Numbered from the whole stretch's first letter, positions 1 to 13,402 are shown. The stretch is 63,745 nucleotides of DNA, filler included, from Octopus bimaculoides (GCF_001194135.2; 5 parts of 5 records of this genome joined end to end with filler, not necessarily neighbours in it); one strand, 5' to 3'. The notes: a model not told the origin generated them from the letters alone. A program made the numbers and translations.

Positions 1-157
1 GATTTAAGTAGATTAGATGTTAAGGATAGAGATCAGGAATATATGTTGTAAAGTTTCAATTACCAAAATAAATATGTGCTAGTTGATAGTTCTAGATGAC
101 TATAATAGAAGTAAGGTACTATAAATTTTGATAACTTTAGTTATTTAAATAAAAGTC

Positions 158-376
158 CTATTTTTTAAAAAATTTAAAAGTGCGAGTAGAGCAATGCACA
201 TATGATACCCTAAGGTCTAATCTATTATTGATTAGATTAGGATTGTTCCTAAGTTTAAAAATTTCATATATTTCCATAGAACACAATTCACATCCATATC
301 TATTATTTCTATAAGGTTGAGCTTTTCTTATAATTTCCCATTTAAGGCTAATATATATATACCTATCTTCATCCAT
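158..376 (-). mobile_element. Penelope-like element, C-terminal end of the GIY-YIG region
   Basis: KWEIIRKAQPYRNNRYGCELCSMEIYEIFK...NLINNR matches the W.I...A.PY......C.LC..E...I......LN.R tail of Penelope ORFs. Confidence 0.75.
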
Positions 377-561
377 TCATCCATCTATACATACATATAT
401 ACATACATACAGTTACTATATATACATATGTGTGTTACAAATTACAAATATATATATATGTATAAATATTTGTACATTTACACACACACACACACATATA
501 TATAGATATGTGTACAAATGTGCTTCGAAATTTGGGAGAAATTGTTAAATTTTATACATTT

Positions 562-621
<60 letters not shown>

Positions 622-2039
622 TCTCTCTCTTTCCCTCCCTACCGCTCTATCTCTCTCCTGAAATGTTTGAAATGTTAATTAATAAGGCCGAGATTGTTAT
701 TGTAACAAATAAATAAATAAATCTTAATTAATGCGGAGATTAAAATTCTTTTTCACTTTTTTTGTCTAAACACACATACACACATATATGCATACGTGAG
801 TGTGTGTGTGTGTGTATCTGTGTGTGCGTGTGTATGCGTGCCTGTGTGGGCGCGTGCTCGTGTGTGTATCTAAACAATTATTTTCCGCGAGGTAATCTGT
901 GTTCCTAATTAAAAACAAAATTTTGGAAAATGATTTATTTGTCTTATAAGAAAATTTTAGAAAGGAGAAAAGCGCCAAGAAGAAAATATAGAAAGAAACA
1001 ACAATGATAAAATGAAGATATTTTATTGAAGCATAGACAGACGATTATCTCTGACAATTAAAAATATATTATTGATTGAGTTGGGGTGGGGTTTGGTGGG
1101 GAAGGAAGTATTCCGTCAGATAAGAAAGGGGCAGTACCATAACCTTTTCAAGTATTCTGAGTGTAATGGGGTGAAGGGAGTAGTTTGTCTTCGTAACAGA
1201 AAGCTTCTCTGAATGTCTACAACAAGAGAGAACTCTGCTGTCGTTACCCAAGGACCTGGTACGTATGTTAAACTGGACGAAGGATTAATGAGATCTCAAA
1301 AGAACAGAAACAGTGCTTTTGACGGACTGCCACACAGATTCTACCAGTAGCGTAGCTAGAGTGTATACCGCTCCGACAACCCTTGATTTTGCCGCTTCCA
1401 GCCATGGGCCTCCAAGCCGAAGCAGTACACCCCAAAGTGCCGCCCCATAAAAGCGTCGTCCGAGGTGGACCACCTTCCTATCCAGCTACACAACTTGATT
1501 CTACTAACCAAGTTCGACTTACAAGATCTTAATATAGACAAGTGGCTTTGGAAGTGCATTCGTGTTCAAGGAGTTACGCTGCTGGATTGGATCCGAAACC
1601 ACGTAATTGTGAAAGCACGCTTTTGAACTTTACGGCCTGTCCTCTGCACTTATATAGAAGACAGTAACTGCAGTTGAAACGTAGTGGAATTGAACCCAAA
1701 ACCACATAGTTGAGAAAGCAAACTTCTTAATCAGGCAACTATGTCTACTCCAAATGGTGAACTGTGTTCAAATACTTTGATATGAATAAATTTTCACAAA
1801 TTTCGTGTAGAGAATGCGATTTAGCGAAGAAATTACAGGTCTCCATGTTTCACTTTATTGAGTGCATGTTTAGGCTCACCTTATTGAGTACGTGTTTAAG
1901 CTACTTAAGACTTCTGAGTGACGTAAGTCATGTGAGAGAAACTGAGTTAATTTTAAAACTGCACTAAACCTACATAGCATGGAATTTTGGAGATGTATCT
2001 GTTCATCGTGATAGAGCTAATATGTTGCCCGTTTTGACA

Positions 2040-2195
2040 CCGCCACACCACACCACCACCACCACACCACCACCACCACCACCACCACCACCACCGCCAT
2101 CACTACCACCACCATCACTACCATTANNNNNNNNNNCCACCACCACCACCACCACCACCACCACCGCCATCACTACCACCACCATCACTACCATT
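2040..2195. repeat. (CCA)n microsatellite containing a small gap
   Basis: Directly visible. Confidence 0.95.
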
Positions 2196-2874
2196 AGGTA
2201 TCTAACAGGATCCGCATTTGAATGAGGACTTTGGTCTGAGGATATCATATCATCGAAGTCTCCTACCATAGTCTCAGGTTAACTCAAGAAAGATTAGTTA
2301 AACGGACACGAAACATATATCGACGATAGACTTCGTCTGTTACCCAATTTAAGACCACATTTTATTTATTTACTATAATATATATTTATATACTTTTACA
2401 GAATGCTCACGACATTGTAGGTGAATTAGAGACTGTTAATGTTTAGGTTTTTTCGGCGCCACATCGTTACAAGTATTTGGACCAGGTCTTCGGTTTAAGA
2501 ATAAAACATGTATCGTGGTTTCAACCTGCAGTCCGTTCATCAATCTCAGAAATCTTTTAAAACGGTCATTTGACTATTCACTGATTCGGAGTCATTAATA
2601 TATAATTACTAAAAACTATATATGAGATTATTTGGTTAAGAATGTTAGAGAGATATGGTAATGAGAGAAATGATATATACGAAATCAAGATTTCATTAAA
2701 AATTGTAAATGTGATTAATTGAAAAAGTAATTTGAATTAATTACTAATTTTTATTTCCATTTGTATGCGAAGTACGACATTTTTATGTGTTAATCTATAT
2801 ATGCATATATGTATGTATTTATGCATTATTAATGTATGGATGTGTGTTTATAACTATGTCCACGCATATATAGT

Positions 2875-2948
<74 letters not shown>

Positions 2949-2985
2949 ATGTATATTCGTACGCCATGCATATTTGTGGGAGTAT

Positions 2986-3016
<31 letters not shown>

Positions 3017-3188
3017 GATTCATAGAAACACACACACACACACACACACCACACATATCTAAAAGAGTAGGTGAGACTGTGTATTCAGGCCCACTGCGTG
3101 GCACCTTCGACGAAAACCTTGTGAGTGGACTTGATAGACAGAAACTGAAAGAAGCCTGTCGTATGTGTATATATATATATATATACAT

Positions 3189-3253
<65 letters not shown>

Positions 3254-3746
3254 TCTGTACTTGTTTTTGTCCTCCGCTACCTATTGATAACCGGTGTGTT
3301 TACATCCCCGTAACCTAGCAGTTCGGCAAAAGGGACCAATAGAAGCGCCAGTCTTAAGAAAAATAAGTACTGGGGCTGATTCGTACGACTACAGTTCTTC
3401 AAGGTGGTGCTCCAGCATGGCAGCAGTCTAATAACTGAAACAAATAAAGATAGTGGATAAAAGGCATATCAAATGTAGGAATGTCTGTGCACACGTCTTA
3501 ACGTTTATACATGAAAATATATTCAACATGGAAAATTTAGTACTGTTTTCCAAAGTTGACAAGGTAATTTTGTTGTGTCTAGGGAGAGCCATTACAGCAA
3601 CATCAATAGCACGCACATTGTGCGTGTGTTATTGATATTGGCATAACAACCCTCCCCAGACACAACGAGATTTGTTTCAACACACGAATTCACATAGAGA
3701 ATTTTGCACACTAAATACGAAAAAGAAGTTGACAATGTAACATATT

Positions 3747-3962
3747 CGAGTGGTGGGGGCTAAAAACTTCCTGGCTTTGGGTAAAATAAAATACTGGAAG
3801 ATCAGTTATGATTTTATTCAACATATTCCCCTCTTAAAAAAACACACTTATTGCAGCGGTCCTTCAGTTTTTCTAAGCCCTGTAAAAGAACTCGGAAAGC
3901 TAGGCCTCCAACTGGGCCTTTCGCTACACCCTTAAAACCCGGAACTTTTCAGTACCTCCTCG
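3747..3962. mobile_element. Short non-autonomous mariner-type MITE
   Basis: Right end GGAACTTTTCAGTACCTCCTCG|TA pairs imperfectly with left end CGAGTGGTGGGGGCTAAAAACTTCC. Confidence 0.55.
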
Positions 3963-6305
3963 TATAAGGTCTTGTTATTTATTAAAACAACAAAACCTTT
4001 AAAAATTGTTAGTGAAGTACAGAACTGAAACCTTTTACTTCTTTTTAAACATTTTGTTTTTAGTTCTGGCCGTTGTCCACAACGACAGTGCATAAACCAA
4101 AGGAAATTTGGTAGCTATTTCTACTAAATCAAGCATTCATGTAGAGGTCTCTTGTTGACTCACCCAATAAACAGCTAGCAACAGTACCAGTAGCAGCAGC
4201 AGCGGCAGCAGCAGAGGCAGCAGTAATTACTGAGAAATCCGTAAGGTTTTGTTTCTCTTGAGACGGACATGGATTTCAACGTCCAGAATTCTTTTTCCCG
4301 TAATCAAGGATGAATGTCCAACGATAATAGCAAATGCATATTGAATACATATTAATATCTGATAAGAAAAGTATCATGCGGATAGTCCAGTGTGGTCGCT
4401 CCTAGATCTGCTAGAATTAACAACCAAATTTTTCTCAAAATACACTTAACCATCATATTCCAAAAACTTTTGTTGTTTCATGATTTTTACATGATTTGAG
4501 AAAATAAATTTGGCAAAACACGGAATTGTAACCATATAAATAAAGAAAAGAAAGCGGAACTGATTTTGATAATAAAACGATGCCATAAACTTACCCAATT
4601 TGAATAGGACACAGCTGATTACACCGACCTCACTAAAAGACTGCTACTCGTTTTATTATTCCTGAGATTTTTATAAATGTAAATTTAACTTCTGTGGGAT
4701 TTGAACTCAGAACAAATCCAACAAGTCTTTCTGTCCGTCATTCTGTTATTTCTGTCACACTACTATCATCAAAAAATAAAGATTTTTAATTTCGATATAA
4801 GGTCACATATTTGGAAAGGAAAAGCCGATAATAACCAAATAGAGAATATGAAATGCAAATTTGATATCGACGAGATTTGAAATCAGGACATAAAGAATCG
4901 GAAATAAATATTGCAAAGCATTCTATCTGACACTCTAGCGGTATTCCAATCGAACGCGCTCGCTACAAAATTATAAAATTTTACCGGGAGGGTACAGAGA
5001 CAGAAGATTGGAGGTAAATGTGATAAATAAACTTGCTACCTTCTGCTTCACGTTGCATATCGTAGACATCAATTTGGACAGATTTGGATTAACATAAGTA
5101 TTTGGATGGATGAATTGAAAAAGAGAAGCTTAGATTCCCGTAGGAGTGATATATGTATTGGAAGTCATATTGTAATATAATGTGCTCGGGTTAGTTAATG
5201 TTATATGTATTGATGGAAACATAAAGGATAAGGTTTAATATTCAGAGAAATTTATTCATGTTTAGCAAGATGCCTTTAGTGAATTGAGTTTGCTGCCTCA
5301 TACGAGTAAAATATTAATTAGTAAGCATAAACTTTGAAAAATCAGGATTGAAAGAATGTGAAGAAGAGATCGCCTTCTTAGAATCAGCGGTATTGATTGC
5401 GTGACATTTTGATAAGTACTCTGTTGATATACAGAGCAATCGGAACAAAGTCAGTCGACCATTTCATGAATTTGGCTGCTCAGGAGATTTCAATGGCATT
5501 TGTAAAATAAATAACTAAATAACTAAATAAATGAATGAATAAATAAAGTTCATATGCCAAAGTTGATTATTATTTTTTAAGGTCTTTTTTCTGTTCATTT
5601 TCATTTGTTATCTATTATCAAGCGTGGTTATTTTGCAAAGAGTCAACGAATGAGATGTTGACTGTTTCGAAACGAATGTAAATAGGTGTGAATGGCTGAT
5701 GTGTTTCACTGGAAGATATTTTGGATGCCATAAATAGAGGAAATATCGATCGGTTTCAGTTGGAGGTATTTTCTGTTGAGTATTTTTCTCCGTTCATATT
5801 TCACTATAAAACAGGCATTGAAACAGTCTGCCATGGTACTGCAGGACTGCAGGCGTTGAGCTTGAAACTGATGATATTCATACCAATATTACTGTTGCAG
5901 TTGCAGCTGCTGTCACTGCTGCTGCTGCTGTTGCTACTGCTGTCGCTGCTGCTGTTGTTGCTTTTACCAACACCAACACCGTAGTCATTATCGCCCATAA
6001 TGCTTTCTAGCACAGGCACAAGATTACACGTTCGGCGACAGGGATTAATCAGTTTTATCGACCCCAGTACTTATTTATGCAACACCAGAAGGATGATAGG
6101 GAAAGTCGACCTTGGTAGTTCAGATTTCTACATGAACATTGGAAGCAACTTTTTTTATACTAATTTCAGTCAATGCACTGCGGCCACGCTGGAGCACCGT
6201 CTTAAGAGGTCTTTTCAGTCGATCACATACAATCACAAAACTTATATAAGTCTGAAACTTATTTCATTGAAATCCTTTTGTTGTGATATATATATATAAT
6301 CTATT

Positions 6306-6308
<3 letters not shown>

Positions 6309-6389
<81 letters not shown>

Positions 6390-6405
6390 AATAGATAGAT
6401 GGATG

Positions 6406-6471
<66 letters not shown>

Positions 6472-6570
6472 CAGAGAGAGAGAGAGACAGACAGACGGAC
6501 GGACGCACGGACGCACGGACGCACGGACGCACGGACGCACGGACGCACGGACGGAAGGATGGATGGTTGG
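6309..6570. repeat. Compound microsatellite (AT)n-(AGAT)n-(AG)n-(GGACGCAC)n-(GGAT)n
   Basis: Directly visible. Confidence 0.95.
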
Positions 6571-6770
6571 ATGGATGGAGAGAGTTTAAAGAAAATACAC
6601 ACACAGACGAGACTAAGAAGATTATGACGTGATGGGGAGACAAACAAATAAATAATATATCAGGACATGTAAAACACCTGATTAGAAAGCTTAGAAATAT
6701 CAAACAATAAGAGTCAAATATGTGCAATGAAAGTATGTGTGTGCGTATATGAAAGTATGTACGTGTGTGC

Positions 6771-6807
<37 letters not shown>

Positions 6808-6809
6808 CT

Positions 6810-7160
6810 TTTATCTTTTACTGGTTTCAGCCCAAGGCTGAGGTCATGCTGGTGCAACCACATGTAGCTACTCGGTGTTGTTTCCGATATTGTTTTTGGT
6901 GAAGTAGCGAATTGGACGGAGCTGCTTTTCTTTGCGTCTCCTGCTGCGATGTGGATTCATCTGCTATCTCAGATAAGAACCTGTCCAGACGTTCCTTGAA
7001 AACTTCCACATCAATACCATGTAGGTTGTCTGGAAGGATATTGAACAATTGCGGGCCCTTGAAACCCAGACTATTGCAGTACTGTGTCCTTATTTTAGAT
7101 GGGAAGACGAGATCTTTGGTGTGATGCAGTGCCGTCCAGTTCGAGGATTGGTATAGCCGG
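6810..7160 (-). mobile_element. CR1-like LINE 3' end
   Basis: RTQYCNSLGFKGPQLFNILP...VFKERLDRFLSEIADE...AAPSNSLLHQ; ends with CAGCATGACCTCAGCC...TGAAACCAGTAAAAGATAAAAGA. Confidence 0.85.
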
Positions 7161-7162
7161 GC

Positions 7163-7217
<55 letters not shown>

Positions 7218-7499
7218 GTTGTTGTTGTTGTTGTTGTTGTTGTTATTATTGTCACAATCATACTTAACCCTTGTTTTAATTCATACCAGTTAAAACAAAG
7301 TCTCAACCAGAGACATCAAGAAACAAAAAGATTTTGCACCTGAAAATGCAAACAGGTGAGGTGCCATGCAAATGTAAAACTGATTTTTGGATGTAAAAAG
7401 AAAAAAAAAAAACCCAGAAATCCTGTAGAACCAGGAAATCCTGTAGAAACAGAAATTTTAATTAATAATAACGCTGAATGAGTAACATTTCTTCTCTAA

Positions 7500-8010
7500 G
7501 AAAGGAATTTACATAAAATATACCCATAAGTATGACCGTACGCATACGTATGACCTAATGTAATTCCTTTATTTGGGGACTGACAGGAATTGTGTAATAT
7601 ATATTGATAGTCCAACTGCTTCAATTACAATAGTTATTGTTGATGCTTTCAGATGCCTCATTCTTCTCAAGTCCTTATATTTGCTCAATGTCTCAAACGT
7701 TTGTAGAGATGTATTTTTGTCAGCTGGGGCTGTAACATGAGTAAGAAATGTCTTTTCAAAATGATTATTCACAATGAAATCTCGACTGTTATCCTGAATT
7801 TCCTGATCAAAGGGTGGTCTAAATTCAGCAATTTGTAATGGTTTATGTTCCCACCAATTATCTCTGCCGGGGAGGTTGTGTGAGCGGCATAATAACCAGT
7901 GTATCTATTGAGTTATCCTGTCAGATCCCTGTTGGTGCCTGTCGTTCACATCCAGAGAATATGCGGTCAATTGTCTCTCGTTGTACTCATACGTGACATG
8001 ATGGGCTGCT
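7500..8010 (-). mobile_element. R4/Dong-clade non-LTR retrotransposon, degenerate C-terminal (zinc finger/RLE) fragment
   Basis: KNTSLQTFETLSKYKDL and an upstream RETIDRIFSGC-like segment; similar to the 8231-8455 peptide. Confidence 0.7.
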
Positions 8011-8095
8011 TTTCATGTTTCTGAATTTATATGTGTGGCAATTTATAGATGGAATTATTATTATTACTGAGCGAGAGAGCAGTGCATTATTGTTG

Positions 8096-8130
<35 letters not shown>

Positions 8131-8136
<6 letters not shown>

Positions 8137-8460
8137 TAGTTTTATTTTTATAACGTGCTTTCACTTCACTACCGAGCGCAGCTCTGTGCGCCTTGGGTAT
8201 GTGCTGTGGTTTGCTGTGGTGCTCTTATGTTTACTGTATTGAAAGTGTTTTGCGTAGAAGGTATGCAGTACCCAGTAGTGCAATTTTCTGTATGTTATAT
8301 ATATTTGTAAGTCCTGGTGTTTTTGTTATGTATTTGTCTGAATATTTTTTTATAATCCCTAAGGCACCTACTATGATAGGAATTGTTTCTGTTTTTAGAT
8401 TCCACATTCGAGTTATCTCTATTTCCAGGTCTTTGTATTTTGAAAGTTTTTCCATATTAT
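8131..8460 (-). mobile_element. R4/Dong-clade 3' end (RLE C-terminus plus 3' UTR) ending in (TAA)n
   Basis: EKLSKYKDLEIEITRMWNLKTETIPIIVGALG...QKIALLGTA.LLRKTL is the conserved R4/Dong terminus. Confidence 0.9.
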
Positions 8461-8779
8461 TATTATTATTNNNNNNNNNNNNNNNNNNNNNNNNNNNNNN
8501 NNNNNNNNNNNNNNNNNNNNNNNNNNNNNNNNNNNNNNNNNNNNNNNNNNNNNNNNNNNNNNNNNNNNNNNNNNNNNNNNNNNNNNNNNNNNNNNNNNNN
8601 NNNNNNNNNNNNNNNNNNNNNNNNNNNNNNNNNNNNNNNNNNNNNNNNNNNNNNNNNNNNNNNNCCCCTTCCTCCTCCTCCTCCTCCTCCTCCTCCTCAT
8701 CCTCCTCCTCCTCCTCATCATCATCATCATCACCATTATTATTATTATTATTATAATTACGCTTACTCTAGGGCATGCT

Positions 8780-9415
8780 AGTTTAGTTAGTAAGTATTTT
8801 ATCCTCAAATCTCAAGAATCTTTCTTAGCATTCTTGCAGAATATAGGATGGTGTTTTTTTATGCAAGTCGACAATGCGAGTTTCAATTCTAATTTCTTTC
8901 AATCGTTTAGGTAGCATTTTGGTTGTTGTGCCAATTGCACCAATTACTATAGGAAAAATTGTTGTCTCGGTCTTACATAGTCTCCTCAGTTCTCAGGCTA
9001 GGTCTTGGTATTTCTCAATTTTTTCCATTTCTTTGGTACCGACTCTGTTACCACAGGGGATTGCAAAGTCTATGGTTGTACATTGTTTGTTTGTCTTGTC
9101 ATCTATAATCATGTCTGGTCTTTTTCCTTCAATAGTGTGGTCAGTCTTTATAGCAAAGTCTCACATAATCTTGTAATTCTCATTTTCTACCACAACCTCT
9201 GGTTCGTGTTCATACCAATATTCTGTTGCTTTGAAGCCACATACACGACTGATATCACAATGTACTCTTTTGCCAACACAGTAATGTCTGCGCTCGTATT
9301 TCTTTTGTGCTAGTATACTGCACTCACTCAAAGTGTGATTGATACTCTCGTCTCCTTTCTTGCAAATTCTACATTTGCTGTTTGACTCAGTTTTGTCGAT
9401 CTTTACTTTTATCAG

Positions 9416-9420
<5 letters not shown>
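8780..9420 (-). mobile_element. R4/Dong-clade fragment (CCHC finger plus PD-(D/E)XK endonuclease), different subfamily
   Basis: SKCRICKKGDESINHTLSECSILAQKKYERRH...WYEHEPEVVVENENYKIM, followed by rc of DFAIP/EKIEKYQDLA/IVIGAIGT. Confidence 0.9.
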
Positions 9421-9481
<61 letters not shown>

Positions 9482-9522
9482 TATTATTATCATCACCATT
9501 ACTATTATTATTATTATTATTG

Positions 9523-9763
9523 TTCAGTAGTTTTATTTTTATAACGTGCTTTCACTTCACTACCGAGCGCAGCTCTGTGCGCCTTGGGTATGTGCTATGG
9601 TTTGCTGTGGTGCTCTTATGGTTACTGTATTGAAAGTGTTTTGCGTAGAATGTGTGCTGTGCCCAGTAGTGCAATTTTCTGTATGTTATATATATTTGTA
9701 AGTCCTGGTGTTTTTGTTATGTATTTGCCTGAATATTTTTTTATTATACCTAAGGCACCTACT
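9523..9763 (-). mobile_element. Second R4/Dong 3' end, near-identical to 8131-8370
   Basis: Direct sequence match (ttcagtagttttattttataacgtgctttcacttcactaccgagcgcagctctgtgcgccttgggtatgtgct...), truncated by an N gap. Confidence 0.9.
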
Positions 9764-9863
9764 NNNNNNNNNNNNNNNNNNNNNNNNNNNNNNNNNNNNN
9801 NNNNNNNTTAATTAATTAANNNNNNNNNNNNNNNNNNNNNNNNNNNNNNNNNNNNNNNNNNNN
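9764..9863. other. Artificial 100-bp gap spacer N44-TTAATTAATTAA-N44 (also 40985-41084, 56483-56582, 62468-62567)
   Basis: Identical 44+12+44 structure four times; the 12-mer has TAA stops in all six frames. Confidence 0.95.
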
Positions 9864-11186
9864 GAAGGGGTATCGATGAAGGGAGAAGGTGGGTAGGAGT
9901 GAAGAGAGGAAGTAGGTGTGAGATGAAGAGAGGAGAGGCGGTGAATCAGATGAAGAGGAGAGGGGAGTTGAGTCTATGTGGTGCAAAGGAGCGAAGAGAG
10001 AAGATTAATTTCTGTTCACGACGAAGGCGGGAAAGACAATCCCTGTGCAAAGACAATCCGAACACAGACAGGTGTTGTAATGAATGACCGGTAGAGCGGA
10101 AATGGCGCGAGACCAGGGTTTCGTTTCGTTGCCGAGTCTAATGTCTCGGAGGTGCTCCACGAACCAGTCAGCCAAGCGGCGTCCCGTTGACCGATGTACA
10201 GAGAATGACACAAAGAGCAGGAGATGCAGTAAATGACGTTGCTAGAAGTGCGTGTAAAGGAATCAGTGATATGATAGGGGCGATGATGGGTGCCTGTGAG
10301 GATGGTGGTGTTGGAGAGGTAGGATCAAATGCGGCAGCGTGGGCGGGAGCAGGGGAACGAGCCAGGTTGGGAGGTGGGGTTAGGGAAGAAACTGTGGACT
10401 AGGAGGTTACATAGGTTGTGGGCTCGTTTGAAGGGGGAGGGTAGGTTGGGGAAGATGTGCGAAGTGGAGGAGTCAGACTGGTGTCACCGGAAGGCTCGGA
10501 GAATGGTGCGTTGGAGGGGTAGTAGGTGAGGGGAAACGGGAGNNNNNNNNNNCAAAGGATGAAGTGGCGAGCCATGAGTTGAGACTAAGTCTCAAAGTGA
10601 TGGTAGTTACTGCAAAGCCTGCGCAGACGGAGGAATTGGGAGAAGGGATGGAGAGCTTGGTGTGGGTAGGGTGAGAGGAGGAGAAGTTGAGGTATGAGTG
10701 TGAGTCGGTGTGTTTGTAGTGGATGGAGGTAGTGAGAGTGGAGTTGTGTATGTTGACCGAAATGTTGAGAAAGGCAACGGAAGTGTTGGAAATGGTGCAG
10801 GAGAATTCTAGGGCAGAATGGAAGGTTTGGTCAAAAGAGAGGAAGTAGTCTCTTTGTTTGCGGGAGAGTGAGATCGCACCGATACAGTTATCAATATAAC
10901 GACCGTATAGTGCGGGAGTGGGACTAGTGAATCTTGAAAATATTTGGGCCTCAACGTAGCCAACGAACAGGTTCGCATGGTTGGGGCCCATTCTCGTTCC
11001 CATGGCCACTTCTGAGATATCTTGGTAAAACTCTCCCGCGAACGAGAAGCAGTTGAAGGAGAGAACAAGTTCGGCCAGACGAAGAAGTGTGGACGTGTCA
11101 GGTTGGGGATTGGGTCGAAGGTCTAGGAAGTGTTTGAGGGCAAGAAGTCCTTCGTGGTGTGGGATCACTGTATATAGACTCTTGAT
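9864..11186 (-). mobile_element. Penelope-like element (Neptune-type) RT plus GIY-YIG fragment, degenerate and 5'-truncated
   Basis: DIKSLYTVIPH (motif A), AMGTRMGPNHANLFVG (motif B), RYIDN (motif C, DD mutated), HYKHTDSHSYLNFSSSHP (thumb); at about 10213-10100 SLYIGQ and RRLADWFVEHLRDIR (GIY-YIG). Confidence 0.9.
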
Positions 11187-12944
11187 ATATATATATATAT
11201 AAACGATTTATTGAAGTATATGTGGATTTGTATATTCACTTCTATTAACACACAGAGTAGTTTGTTTAACACTTTTCTATACTATTTTTCTGTGTACTTA
11301 TATTTTCTGGGCTATTTGCAAATTATGTTCTCAAGTAGTGTAGGAAAAATTTTGGTCTTCATCAATGGTTTGTAATAGCGAGCTCACCGCAGGATTCAAA
11401 AAGGACTGTAATGAACTGACGAATTTCAGTTAATCTGAACCTTATGCTCTGAAGGCACCCACTTACGGCAACAGAGTTGTTTAAAATATCATGAAGTAAT
11501 TTCCTTCTCCTGATTAAAGATTTTGGCACTAAACAGCATGGTTATGAAATCTAGATTGAATTCATTCTTTTTACTTTATTGATGGGATTTGATTCACAGA
11601 AGAACATCTCGGTTGATAAATGTACGAAATGCATCAGTCATTCTCTCTATCCTCATTAATTTAAATAATAGTAAAATAATACGGCGAGCTGGCAGAATCG
11701 TTAAGCACGCCAGGCAAAATACTTTACGGTATTTCGTACGTCTGCTTGTTCTGAGTTCAAATTCTGTCATGGTCGACTTTGCCTTTCAACCTTTCAGGGT
11801 CAATAGGTCAAGTACCAGTTGAACACTAGGGTCAATGTAATCGACTTAGCCACTTCCTAGAATTTGCTGGCCTTGTGCTAAAATTTGAAACCAATACAAA
11901 TAATCTGTAGTGATTAGGAAAAAAATAGTAATTACCTTTTTATTTATCGTTCGATCGATCAGTCACCTAGTCTCACCAGAGTTCTTTTCTCGCCATTTTC
12001 GACCTCCTCAATAACATACCATCGCAAACGGCAGCAAAAGGACTCTGATGGAGTTAGCTAGCTGATTGATTTACCGAACGATTGATCAGACACTCCCTAA
12101 ATTTAAAAGAAATTTTCTTGACAAAAATTATATAGAGAAGATCCATCAGATACTCCGTCATCCATCCTGACTACTTCCTTTCATGTAAAGGTTTCTATAA
12201 CTGTAACGGAAATGAAAGATAAACAAAAAATACAGACATACAGGGATGCTTAAGATGATATGAAATAGAATCGTAAAACATTTCACGTACTTCTCTAATT
12301 TTTTAAAGAAATGTATGGAAATCACAAAGAACGTCGTTTCACTTCTCTGCTGTAGATGAGGCCTTGTAGCTGAGGCCTTGTAAGAAATCAATATTGCGGA
12401 AAATGTCTTGCATTATTTTTTCCGGTCAGTAAATCTAGATGTCAAAATATTTAAAGTTAAAATATGTCATACAGAAACAAAGGTAGTTATTTTTTGTAAA
12501 ATACGATGGTTTAAAACGGTAGACGTAGCTCGTAAATAGCAAAAAAAAAAACAAAAAAAAAACGCGAATGTTGGTGGGTAAGATCAAAAGAAATCACAAT
12601 GTATTTTCAATAATTTCAGTTTGACATTAATTTTTTTATTAAAAAAAAGATAAATAAAACAACAAAATGCAACAAAGAAATGTTTTTATTTGCAGTAAGA
12701 ACAAGACTTGATATATGCTTAAACAAAGCTTATTTTCGAAAAACCAGGCACATGACGAAAATGTTTCATTACAAGATAGAGGTAGCTGAATCGATCTCAA
12801 AATTATTAGCACTTGTTTATTTTATCAAACACGGGCGGGATGAAAGGCAAAACCGAGTCTGGAAGGATTTGCAATCAGAGAACAAAAAGAGAAAAAAAAT
12901 GAAAGAAAAGATCCCAACATTCCTGCTAATTTGTTACCTGGACC

Positions 12945-13100
12945 ACATCATGAAACCCGCGAGATGGGGGTGGCTGTTGCAGCGAGTGTCGCTGGCCATT
13001 CTCCGCGGCAACGCCTTTGCAGTCATGTCCACGAGACGCAGCTGAACACGCCATTTTCTGGGGTGTACAACCCTTTTCTCCCCCCACCATTTTCTGCTGC
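12945..13100 (+). mobile_element. CRE-clade non-LTR retrotransposon extreme C-terminus
   Basis: ETREMG.WLLQRVSLAILRGNAFAVMS matches the E...L.QR.S.A..RGNA terminal motif of CRE-type RLE elements; followed by a pyrimidine/T-rich tail. Confidence 0.65.
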
Positions 13101-13371
13101 TTATTTCCTCCGTTTTTCTCTTTTTTTGTTTCCTTGGTGAGACAGTTTTAAGTTTTTTTTTTCTCGAAAATTTGATCTTTTTTACTTTTAATGCTTATTT
13201 TCTTTCTTTTCTTCCTGTAAACATATCTCTTATGTTTTACTTGTTTCAGTCATTAGACTGCGGCCATGCTGGGGCAGTGCCTTGAGGAATTTTTTAGTCG
13301 AACTAATCGACCCAGTACTTATTTTCTCTTTTTAAAGCGGTGGTGGGGAACAAAAACAGACGCACACACAC

Positions 13372-13402
<31 letters not shown>

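Noticed and set aside
1069-1620. Non-repetitive, relatively GC-rich stretch with short ORFs
   Set aside because: Probably a decayed retroelement, but no motif I can identify with confidence.
2003-3318. ORFs rich in HT/CV/IY/poly-amino-acid runs here and throughout the track
   Set aside because: Translations of (CA)n, (TA)n, (CCA)n and (TAA)n microsatellites; not genes.
5706-5766. Peptide VSLEDILDAINRGNIDRFQLE before a GTATTT donor, faintly like Tpt1/KptA (SxED....N.KQRF)
   Set aside because: In-frame TGA immediately upstream, no convincing acceptor, and the conserved N-x-K-x-RF is not matched.
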